Below the pieces are notes generated by a model. The model ran no database searches. It had not been told where the DNA came from and saw only the letters and a list, made by a program, of their open reading frames with translations. A program made the position numbers and the translations under genes. A stretch of 64,000 nucleotides of DNA from Thermodesulfobacteriota bacterium (lineage in GTDB: Bacteria; Desulfobacterota; Desulfobulbia; Desulfobulbales; SURF-16): assembly GCA_049323655.1 (NCBI GenBank), contig JBMONO010000034.1, positions 45,354-109,353 of the forward strand, written 5' to 3'. Below are positions 28,899 to 36,700 of this stretch, piece after piece. Position 1 is the stretch's first letter; every line of letters starts with the position of its first letter.

Positions 28899-29692
28899 AT
28901 CGCCTCCGCCGTGAACACCGGCCCCTCCATGCAGACATGCAGATAGTTTTTCGCCTGGTCCCGTCCGGGCAGGGCGCAACCAAGGCAGGCGCCGATTCCA
29001 CAGGCCATGTGTGCCTCCAGGGAGACTTGGCAGGGCGTCCGGCGGGCCCGGCATATCTCCGCCACTTTTGCCATCATCGGTTGGGGTCCGCAGCAGTATA
29101 CGGTGGCTGATGGCGGCTCGGCCAGAGCGACGGAGAGCAGATCGGTGACAAGGCCGTGGTGGCCTGCACTGCCATCGTCAGTTGCCTTGGTGATGAAAAT
29201 TCCCGGCAGATCGCTGAGGCCGTTAAACGACTCCAGTTCTGCTGCCGTGCGGGCGCCGAGCAGAACGGTGATCGATGTTGCGGGCCGTTGTTGCTGGATG
29301 GTTTCCGCGAGAAAGTGCAACGGAGCAATGCCCATTCCGCCGCCAACCAGAAGATGCCGCTCCGTCCCGATCCCGATGGTGAATCCGTTGCCGAGGGGAC
29401 CGACCAGCTGTACTGCCTTTCCCGGTTGTAGTCTGGCCAGACGGTCGGTGCCGCGCCCCATGATCTTGAAGATGATGATCAGTCGTTCCCCAGAGCGCCG
29501 ATGAATGGAAAAGGGCCGCGGCAGGAGCGGATCGCTGCTCGTGTCATCGTTTGTTCTCACCATGACAAACTGACCCGGCAGGGCCGAGGCGCATATTTCC
29601 GGACAGGACATTTCCAGGGTGCAGATGTCCCCCGCCCTTTCGATCTGAACGACCCTGCCTGGTCCGGCGTAGCGATGTTTTTCCTTCATCAT
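28889..29692 (-). CDS. pyrK: Dihydroorotate dehydrogenase electron-transfer subunit
   Basis: [41 protein letters not shown]...CMEGPVF. Confidence 0.95.
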   Translation of the reverse strand: MMKEKHRYAGPGRVVQIERAGDICTLEMSCPEICASALPGQFVMVRTNDDTSSDPLLPRPFSIHRRSGERLIIIFKIMGRGTDRLARLQPGKAVQLVGPLGNGFTIGIGTERHLLVGGGMGIAPLHFLAETIQQQRPATSITVLLGARTAAELESFNGLSDLPGIFITKATDDGSAGHHGLVTDLLSVALAEPPSATVYCCGPQPMMAKVAEICRARRTPCQVSLEAHMACGIGACLGCALPGRDQAKNYLHVCMEGPVFTAEAIWP

Positions 29693-30582
29693 TCTTTCCC
29701 GTTGTTAAGGCCGCTGGTCAGCATCTTGTGGAGCCTTTCCAGGTCATCAAGGGAGTAGTAGTCAATCTCGATTTTGCCGCGCATGCCGGTCTGGCTGATG
29801 CGGCTTTTGGCGTCAAGGGCCCGGCTGATATCGTCGGCCAGTGCTGCACAGTAGGCATCTGGCAGTCCGGGTGCCTGGTTTTTTCGGCTTGCCCCTTTTT
29901 TGCCAGGTTTTTTTTTGTTGCTCGCAACGATTCGTTCCGTCTGCCGCACCGACAGCCCCTGACTGATGATGCTGTCACGCAGTTCGCGGAGGCTCTCTTC
30001 GTTTTCAACTCCGAGCAGTACCCTGGCGTGTCCCATGCTCATCCTGTTTTCCGTCACATCCTGCTTGGCATAATCCGGCAGGAGAAGCAGTCGCATAGTG
30101 TTGGCCACCGTCGAACGGTCTTTGCCTACCTTTTTGGCGATCTCCTCCTGGGTGAGAGCAAATTCGTCAGCCAGACGTTTGTAGGCCAATGCCTCATCAA
30201 TGGGATTGAGGTTTTGGCGCTGGATATTTTCAATGAGCGCCAGTTCCAATCGGTCTTCCGGATCTGCTTGTTTGACGATGACCGGCACCTCGTTTAAGCC
30301 GATCCGTTTGGCTGCCCGCAACCGCCGTTCACCGGCAATGAGCTCATATGCGCCGCTGTTGTCAATCTCCCGGACAACCAACGGCTGCAGAACTCCCTTT
30401 TCCCTGATCGATTCGGCGAGTTGGGCAAGGGCGTCGTCATCCATTTCCCGCCGCGGCTGGTAGGGGTTGGGCTGAATCGCATTGATCGGACAGCGGAAAA
30501 ACTCACGCTGCGTCTCATCAATATCCATTGAATCAGGCAAAAGTGACCCCAGCCCTCTTCCCAGTGGTTCGTCTTTTCTCAT
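29689..30582 (-). CDS. parB: Chromosome partitioning protein ParB/Spo0J
   Basis: LGRGLGSLL, PNPYQPR, GERRLRAA, IENIQRQNLNPIDEA. Confidence 0.96.
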   Translation of the reverse strand: MRKDEPLGRGLGSLLPDSMDIDETQREFFRCPINAIQPNPYQPRREMDDDALAQLAESIREKGVLQPLVVREIDNSGAYELIAGERRLRAAKRIGLNEVPVIVKQADPEDRLELALIENIQRQNLNPIDEALAYKRLADEFALTQEEIAKKVGKDRSTVANTMRLLLLPDYAKQDVTENRMSMGHARVLLGVENEESLRELRDSIISQGLSVRQTERIVASNKKKPGKKGASRKNQAPGLPDAYCAALADDISRALDAKSRISQTGMRGKIEIDYYSLDDLERLHKMLTSGLNNGKE

Positions 30583-30613
30583 CTTTTTTTCTCCCAGCGG
30601 CACCGGCATTTGT

Positions 30614-31390
30614 TTATCCCTCCTGCCGTTTGATGAACTCCCGGCCCAGATTCATATAGCTCAGTGCTCCCACAGATCTGGGATCATATTCCATTACCGG
30701 TTTTCCGTAACTGGGGCATTCGCTCAAGCGCACATTGCGTGGGATGACGGTTTTGTAGACCTTTTCCTGGAAATGCTGCTTCACCTCTTTTGCGACTTGA
30801 AAGGTCAGTCGGTTGCGGCGGTCATACATTGTCAGGACGAGCCCCTCAATGCTGAGTTTTTTGTTGTATGAGCGTTTGACCAGGCGAATTGTGCGGACAA
30901 GCTGGCTTAGCCCTTCGAGGGCGAAATATTCGCACTGCAGCGGAATAATGACCGAGTCGGCAGCGGTGAGGGCGTTCAAGGTGAGTAGTCCGAGTGAAGG
31001 TGGGCAGTCGACGAAGATGTACTCGTAAGAACAGAGCAGTGGTTCCAGTAATTTTGCCAGGTACTGCTCGCGCTTGGAGGCTGACATCAGTTCGACCTCG
31101 ACCCCGATGAGATCGATGTGGGTCGGTAGCACGTGGAGATTTTCCAGGCAACTTGCCGGCTTGATGCTCTTTTCCACCTGTTCTCGGTCGAGATAGCAAT
31201 GATAGAGATGTCTTTCCATCCCTTTGGCGCTCACCCCGAGCCCGCTCGAAGCATTGCCCTGCGGGTCGGAGTCGATTACCAGCACTCTGTGGCCGAGTTT
31301 GGCGAGAGCTGCAGCCAGGTTGACCGTAGTCGTCGTTTTGCCTACCCCGCCCTTTTGGTTCGCCAATGCAACTATTTTCCCTCTTTTCAT
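30614..31390 (-). CDS. parA: Chromosome partitioning ATPase ParA/Soj
   Basis: ANQKGGVGKTTT, DSDPQGN, DCPPSLG, IPRNVRLSECPS. Confidence 0.96.
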   Translation of the reverse strand: MKRGKIVALANQKGGVGKTTTTVNLAAALAKLGHRVLVIDSDPQGNASSGLGVSAKGMERHLYHCYLDREQVEKSIKPASCLENLHVLPTHIDLIGVEVELMSASKREQYLAKLLEPLLCSYEYIFVDCPPSLGLLTLNALTAADSVIIPLQCEYFALEGLSQLVRTIRLVKRSYNKKLSIEGLVLTMYDRRNRLTFQVAKEVKQHFQEKVYKTVIPRNVRLSECPSYGKPVMEYDPRSVGALSYMNLGREFIKRQEG

Positions 31391-31408
31391 GTCGATCCTG
31401 TTGTGTGT

Positions 31409-31438
31409 GTCGGAATTTTAAAAAACGACGATTCCGAC
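31409..31438. repeat. 30-bp hairpin repeat GTCGGAAT-N14-ATTCCGAC, copy 1
   Basis: Perfect 8-bp inverted arms; 26/30 identical to 34251-34280. Confidence 0.6.
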
Positions 31439-31655
31439 GGGCGGCGCATTGTAACTCGTTGTTTTCACTTTCCCACCTGCCATGTTTACGGGTTTTTGCA
31501 AGACCATCATGTTTCGTCGAGAATGCTTGTTGAGGCGCCTCCTTTTTCGTCTGTCGGCGTGGCGGTTCGGGAGTGTGCGGTCTTGCGTTTTCCTCTTTTA
31601 CCGAATCCTCACCTGTTCGACAAGGGTATTTTTCTTTTTTGGCACTGTCTTTCTT

Positions 31656-31810
31656 GATGGTTTCGCAAAAAGTCAATTTCGGGGATGGCTAAGCAAAAAT
31701 CGTCAAATGCGAGGCGCGCACATTGCGAGGAATGAGGCGTACTTGGGTATGTCGCAGTGACGAGATAATGTGCAGCAACGAAGCAGTTGGCGACTTTTTG
31801 CGACGCCATC
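31656..31810. mobile_element. MITE-like element, family 1 termini with a different interior, copy E (155 bp)
   Basis: TIRs GATGGTTTCGCAAAAAGTC / rc GATGGCGTCGCAAAAAGTC (17/19); exact TTTCTT direct repeat on both flanks. Confidence 0.88.
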
Positions 31811-31863
31811 TTTCTTGTCCAGGGCCCATCGTGGGGTTTGTTCGGCAACGGAATATGGAGACG

Positions 31864-31879
31864 TGTTTCACGTGGAACA
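31864..31879. promoter_or_regulatory. parS centromere-like ParB loading site
   Basis: TGTTTCACGTGGAACA fits the parS consensus TGTTNCACGTGAAACA and lies ~470 bp upstream of parA. Confidence 0.85.
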
Positions 31880-31901
31880 ATCGCTGTTTTTTGATGTTGT
31901 A

Positions 31902-33035
31902 TCAGCAGGTTAAAAGAGAATGGACGAGCTCTGCGGTGCGGAGCATGTCGGTAAGTGTTATGGTTTCAGAGGTTGAATGAACGTTTTCCATGCCAATGCC
32001 AAGGATAGCACAGGGCAGGCCGGCGGCGTTAAGGAAGTTTGCGTCGCTGCCGCCGCCGGCGCGATGGAAGGTGAGCGGGCGCTTGAGAGCTTGAGCGGCC
32101 TGGCGGGCCCTCACCAGCGGCAGGCTGTCGTCGGCGAGCAACATGGCAGGGTATTGAAGCGGACTTTGGAAATGGAGCGATGGCGTGCTGCCGGTAAGAT
32201 GCTGCGGATCATTCCAGCCCTCAACCGCCTGGTAAAAAATTTGATGGTAAAGGTCAAGATAGGAGCGGAGGCGGGCGAGGTCATGGCTGCGAATCTCGCC
32301 TTTGACTTGGACCAGGTCGGGGACAATATTGGTGGCAGTACCGCCGGCAATGATACCTATATTGGCGGTGGACACATCGTCTAACTGGCCCATGGGCAGA
32401 CGGGCAATGGCCTGGGCCGCGATCTGAATGGCATTGATGCCATAACGGGGGCGAAGGCCGGCGTGGGCGGCAAGGCCACGAATCTCGGCAATAACGGCAT
32501 GGGAGGCCGGTGCACCAGTGACGACCGTATCGACACCGGTGGAGTCAAGGGCATAGCCGTAGACGGAACGCAGGCGCCTCCCGTCAAAGGACTTAGCACC
32601 AAGGAGGCCGATTTCCTCGCAGGTGGTAAGGAGAATCTCCAGCGGCGCAAAGGGTATCCCCTGCTCGCGCAGGGAGGCGATCGTTTCCAGAAGAATAGCG
32701 ATTCCCGCCTTATCATCAGCACCAAGCACCGTGTCGCCGGAGCTGGAGAAGACATCGTTTATCTTCCTGACCTTGATACCCTGACAGGGATTAATCACAT
32801 CGAGATGGCAGTTGAAGCAGACCGGCGGCGAATGCTGGAGACCCCCGGCAAAGCGAATGAGAAGGTTGCCGGTGTCGGAGCCGGTGGCGGCGCGCGTATC
32901 ATCTTCAAATATCGAGTCAGCCCCGAGTTCCCTGAAAAGCGAGCACAGATAGCCGGCAAGCTTTGCCTCGCCACGGGAAGGGCTGTCGATTTCACAAAGA
33001 GTGATAAATGTGTGGGAAAGACGATCGCTGTTCAT
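31902..33035 (-). CDS. M20/M25/M40 metallopeptidase (peptidase T-like)
   Basis: NCHLD, LGADDKAG, TTCEEIGL, AAHAG, GGGSDAN, HSTSE; start 33035 inferred. Confidence 0.9.
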   Translation of the reverse strand: MNSDRLSHTFITLCEIDSPSRGEAKLAGYLCSLFRELGADSIFEDDTRAATGSDTGNLLIRFAGGLQHSPPVCFNCHLDVINPCQGIKVRKINDVFSSSGDTVLGADDKAGIAILLETIASLREQGIPFAPLEILLTTCEEIGLLGAKSFDGRRLRSVYGYALDSTGVDTVVTGAPASHAVIAEIRGLAAHAGLRPRYGINAIQIAAQAIARLPMGQLDDVSTANIGIIAGGTATNIVPDLVQVKGEIRSHDLARLRSYLDLYHQIFYQAVEGWNDPQHLTGSTPSLHFQSPLQYPAMLLADDSLPLVRARQAAQALKRPLTFHRAGGGSDANFLNAAGLPCAILGIGMENVHSTSETITLTDMLRTAELVHSLLTC

Positions 33036-33040
33036 CCGTA

Positions 33041-33481
33041 TCACAGGCCGGAAGGCATGGAGTTGACTGACTGCAGCAAAGAAACTTCCATGGCCCGAAC
33101 AGGACAGGCAGAAACACAGAGTCCGCACCCGGTACACTTGTCCGGGTCGAACAGTACGGCCATGTCCGGCCGTGTAATGTACAATGCGCCGGTCGGGCAG
33201 ATCCCGGTACAGGCGCCGCACTGAAAACATTTTTCATCATCACGGCGAATGATAGTGGACAACGACTCGATATTGACGCCAAAGCCACGAAGATAGTCGA
33301 GTGCCTCGCGAACATTGTTCTTGTGACCAAGCAGTTCAAGAACCATCAAGCCCTCATGCTGGGGAAGAATGGTCGCCTTGAGAATGTTAAATTCAACGCC
33401 ATACTGGCCCACCAGTTTGCAGATGATCGGTTTATCGCTGGTTTCCTTGGGAAAGCGCAACACATAGATACGTGAATACAT
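33041..33481 (-). CDS. NIL-domain 2x[4Fe-4S] ferredoxin-like protein
   Basis: NIL-like EFNILKA segment; CFQCGACTGICP and CTGCGLCVSACP; GAGG RBS. Confidence 0.88.
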   Translation of the reverse strand: MYSRIYVLRFPKETSDKPIICKLVGQYGVEFNILKATILPQHEGLMVLELLGHKNNVREALDYLRGFGVNIESLSTIIRRDDEKCFQCGACTGICPTGALYITRPDMAVLFDPDKCTGCGLCVSACPVRAMEVSLLQSVNSMPSGL

Positions 33482-33829
33482 AAAAACCTCGATCAAGTAG
33501 GTTATCTTCACAAGAAAAGAGGGTCGCGAAGAAATGTAATACGCCGTCCGATCCTCTTATCTTGTCGCGGAGAATTGCGTGCTGTTGAACAAAAAAACCT
33601 AGTGCAAGCAAAGAAACGTCACTGTTTTCACATTAGTTAATCAGATACCGCTCACATTGCAAGCATTCTCTGCGCGGGCTGCTAACGTTCTAGATCGGAG
33701 ATGCTGTGCCGGGGAAAAAATCATTTGAAGGGGCGCACGGAAAAAGGTATACAGTGCCGACCGGGCCGATTCGGCGCGAATGGACAAAATGGAAATTTCG
33801 GAGCCGCGAACCAAGTGACAGGAAAAGGC

Positions 33830-34234
33830 GTGGACAGCGTCAGTCGTGAAGAATTGCTTGCCGTCATCGGTGACTTCATCAGCATGGGGCACCTTGAAAA
33901 TATTCTGGCCATGTTTCGCCAGGACACAGGGCTGTACCAGCTCAGTGGGGAACTTATCACTGATGAACGGTACATGGTTCGCATGGGCATGGTCGTCCTT
34001 TTTGAGGAACTGGCGCGCAACAATCGTCATGACATTCAGCTTGCTCTCCCTTCCCTGTTGCCGAAACTGGGCCACGAAAAGAGTTTTGTCCGCGGCGATA
34101 TCGCCACCCTGCTTGGCATTATCGGCACCAAGGAGGCCAGGCAAGCTCTGGAAAAGTTGCTTGAGGACGACGATGAGCAGGTTGTCTCCGTGATAAGGGA
34201 TATCTTGGCCGATTTTCCGGCTGAACAGCCCTGA
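33830..34234 (+). CDS. HEAT-repeat protein
   Basis: VRGDIATLLGIIG...LEKLLEDDDEQV HEAT-like pattern; GTG start after AGGA (uncertain). Confidence 0.65.
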   Translation: MDSVSREELLAVIGDFISMGHLENILAMFRQDTGLYQLSGELITDERYMVRMGMVVLFEELARNNRHDIQLALPSLLPKLGHEKSFVRGDIATLLGIIGTKEARQALEKLLEDDDEQVVSVIRDILADFPAEQP

Positions 34235-34250
34235 AATTTCAACAATTTTT

Positions 34251-34280
34251 GTCGAAATCATAAAAAACCACGATTCCGAC
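34251..34280. repeat. 30-bp hairpin repeat, copy 2
   Basis: GTCGAAATCATAAAAAACCACGATTCCGAC; 26/30 identical to copy 1. Confidence 0.55.
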
Positions 34281-34291
34281 GAACCATGTTT

Positions 34292-34410
34292 GAAAAAACC
34301 ATAAAAAGTTTTTTCACCACAAAGCGCACTGAGAACAGAGAGAAAACATCTTTAAATAAGATTAGTTGCATCTCGTGTTCTGTGGTAAAAAAGCTTTTTA
34401 CGATTTCATC
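34292..34410. mobile_element. MITE-like element, family 1 copy C (119 bp)
   Basis: Degenerate TIRs GAAAAAACCATAAAAAGTT / rc GATGAAATCGTAAAAAGCT; internal CACCACAAAG...TTCTGTGGT; a second TIR-like 19-mer follows at 34411-34429. Confidence 0.65.
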
Positions 34411-34477
34411 ATTTTTTGTCGCAACCATCAGTGATGGGCATCGACTGCCCGGATTATCACCCTGTCTAAAGGAATTT

Positions 34478-35092
34478 ATGCGTATTTTGCAGATCAACAA
34501 GGACAACCCGCAACAGCGACTTATTGAACAGGCAGTTGAGGTGCTCCGCCAGGGAGGGGTAGTAGCGTATCCGACGGACACAGTTTACGGAATCGGCTGC
34601 GATATCTTCAACCAGAAGGCTGTCAAGCGAATCTATCAGATTAAAAAGCGGGACAAAGAAAAACCGTTCAGCTTCATCTGCGCTGATCTGAAAGATGTCA
34701 GTCTCTACTGTTTCCTGTCGAATACCGCTTACAAGCTGATGAAAAAATCGCTGCCAGGACCCTATACCTTTGTCTTGCCGGCCATGAAAATCGTACCGAA
34801 AATCATGATGACAAAACAAAAAACCGTCGGAATTCGGGTTCCGGACAATACGATCTGTCAGTATCTGGTCAACACTCTGGGTAACCCTTTGCTGACGACC
34901 ACTGCCAGTCTGGATGATCTCTCCATTCCCCAGGATGCCTATGATGTTGCCAACAATCTCGGCAACATGATCGACGTCATCATTGACAGCCCCTGTTTTC
35001 CACCTGAGCCTTCCAGTGTCATTTCGCTTATCAGCGATATCCCAGAGATCCTGCGATTCGGCAAAGGGGATACGGGAGAATTTCTGAGATAA
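34478..35092 (+). CDS. Sua5/YciO/YrdC-family protein (threonylcarbamoyl-AMP synthase-like)
   Basis: VAYPTDTVYGIGC, LPGPYTFVL, VGIRVPD. Confidence 0.9.
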   Translation: MRILQINKDNPQQRLIEQAVEVLRQGGVVAYPTDTVYGIGCDIFNQKAVKRIYQIKKRDKEKPFSFICADLKDVSLYCFLSNTAYKLMKKSLPGPYTFVLPAMKIVPKIMMTKQKTVGIRVPDNTICQYLVNTLGNPLLTTTASLDDLSIPQDAYDVANNLGNMIDVIIDSPCFPPEPSSVISLISDIPEILRFGKGDTGEFLR

Positions 35093-35105
35093 TATTTTTC
35101 ACCTT

Positions 35106-35238
35106 GACAAACCCGTAATAAGTCTTTTTTGACCACAAAGTGCAGAGAAAATGCAGTGAAAATGTCTTTTATTACAATCAGTTACCTCTGTGTGCTCTGC
35201 GGTGACTGTGGTTAATTTTCACTTATTACGAGACCATC
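35106..35238. mobile_element. MITE-like element, family 1 copy D (133 bp), between convergent sua5-like and ihfB genes
   Basis: TIRs GACAAACCCGTAATAAGTC / rc GATGGTCTCGTAATAAGTG; flanks CACCTT / AACCTT; interior collinear with copy A (TACAATCAGTTA, CTGTGGTTAATTTTCA). Confidence 0.82.
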
Positions 35239-35554
35239 AACCTTTGTTAATGGCAGGCTTGGCGTCGTTCGGGTTTACACCGGCCAGCGGATCCTTGATG
35301 GATTTACTCATTGTGAAGTGAACGGTTTTCCGGGTCGATATGTGCATGACCTGGGCGGTCCGCGGGTTTTTTGTGATCCGTGATTTCCGCTCCCGGGTGC
35401 ACAAGCTGCCGAAGCCTCGAATTTCTACCCTTCTTCCCTCTTGCAGGGCCTCAGTTATGGCATCGAGGATGATATCGATCACATGGGTGACATCTTTTTT
35501 CAGATGCCCTGGGGTCTGTTCAGCTACAGAATTGATAAGGTCGCGTTTTAACAT
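35237..35554 (-). CDS. ihfB: Integration host factor beta / HU family
   Basis: GRRVEIRGFGS, RITKNPRT, VHFTMSK; position downstream of rpsA-sppA is typical of ihfB. Confidence 0.82.
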   Translation of the reverse strand: MLKRDLINSVAEQTPGHLKKDVTHVIDIILDAITEALQEGRRVEIRGFGSLCTRERKSRITKNPRTAQVMHISTRKTVHFTMSKSIKDPLAGVNPNDAKPAINKG

Positions 35555-35749
35555 ATAAAAATTCCTGGCCCAAAAATGGCTTGATAAATCAAGCTTTGTC
35601 TGTCCGGCTTTTGCTGCAAACCTGTTCGGGAACGTTAAAAAAAGTGACCTGTCGTTTGGACAGTCGCTGCGAGACCTTTTTCCTAACGTCTGTGAAGAGC
35701 CGGTCTGCAGAGTTTCAGAGCAGTAGATGACTATAAATACTATTTCGCA

Positions 35750-36673
35750 TCACGGTAAAAGGGTCCACTCATAGGAAAGGCGCGGATGTTCCATACCCGT
35801 GCGTCGCAGAATGTCGGTGAGGCCGTTTACGGCAAAAAGCTTGAAAAAAGAGAGGCGATCATTTTCCGGGTAAAGGAGGGTTGTGTTTTTCCCGGGATGA
35901 CCGGCAAGTTCGGCCGCCAGTCTGACCGCATCATTGAAATTGCCATAATCATCGATGAATCCCAGCTGCTTTGCGGTTTCTCCGGAAAAAATCCGACCGT
36001 CAGCAAACTCGCGTACCCTTTCAGGTGCAAGTTTTCTGCGGGCTGCTATATCCTCAACAAACTGTTTGTGCACCTCGTCGATCAGGCTTTGCAGGAGAAG
36101 CCGCTCATCTGAAGACAAAGCCCTGCTCGGCGATCCTATGTCTTTCATCGGGCCGCTTTTGACCACTTCATCTTTATATCCAATTTTCTGAAAGATCTCT
36201 TCAAGGTTGGGAAACTTGAGAATGACCCCCATGCTGCCAGTCAGGGTTCCCGGACTGGCAAGAATTTTCCCAGCGCCAATGGCGGCATAGTATCCACCAG
36301 AGGCTGCAACTGAACCCATCGAGGCAACGACGGGCTTGACCTTGTTTACACGGGCGATCTCGCGATAGATTTCTTGCGCCGCACCCACCGCGCCACCGGG
36401 GCTGTCAATGCGTACGACAAGGGCCTTGACTGCGGCATTTCGACTGAAACGATCGAGCTGAGCTAAAACTTCTTCAGCATCGGTGAGTACTCCTTTAAGG
36501 GGGACAATCGCAATGGGAACCGCATCGGTGTGGAAAAAATCGACACCGCTCTGCCTGGACAGGCTGGCAACAAAAAAGGTTATTCCGACCCAGAAAAAAA
36601 GTCCTATAGCTCCCAGGATAAGAAATCCGGTGAGCAATGGATGTTTCCGGCGGAATAACCTTTCTTCTGTCAT
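35750..36673 (-). CDS. sppA: Signal peptide peptidase SppA (36K type)
   Basis: RIDSPGGAVG, KPVVASMGSVAASGGYY, TGSMGV, ADGRIFSG. Confidence 0.94.
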   Translation of the reverse strand: MTEERLFRRKHPLLTGFLILGAIGLFFWVGITFFVASLSRQSGVDFFHTDAVPIAIVPLKGVLTDAEEVLAQLDRFSRNAAVKALVVRIDSPGGAVGAAQEIYREIARVNKVKPVVASMGSVAASGGYYAAIGAGKILASPGTLTGSMGVILKFPNLEEIFQKIGYKDEVVKSGPMKDIGSPSRALSSDERLLLQSLIDEVHKQFVEDIAARRKLAPERVREFADGRIFSGETAKQLGFIDDYGNFNDAVRLAAELAGHPGKNTTLLYPENDRLSFFKLFAVNGLTDILRRTGMEHPRLSYEWTLLP

Positions 36674-36700
36674 ACCTTTCAGTAAACGTCTGCGGGGTTC

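Noticed and set aside
33482-33700. SAM riboswitch upstream of the NIL-ferredoxin gene
   Set aside because: No SAM-I core (AUCAAGAG...GCAACC) on the minus strand; only a generic hairpin, reported separately
35579-35594. GCTTGAT-AA-ATCAAGC palindrome as an FNR box
   Set aside because: TTGAT/ATCAA halves are 2 nt apart instead of 4; no supported regulator assignment
35625-35695. Weak inverted repeat ACGTTAAAAAAG...CTTTTTCCTAACGT as another MITE
   Set aside because: Ends do not match either TIR family and there is no target duplication
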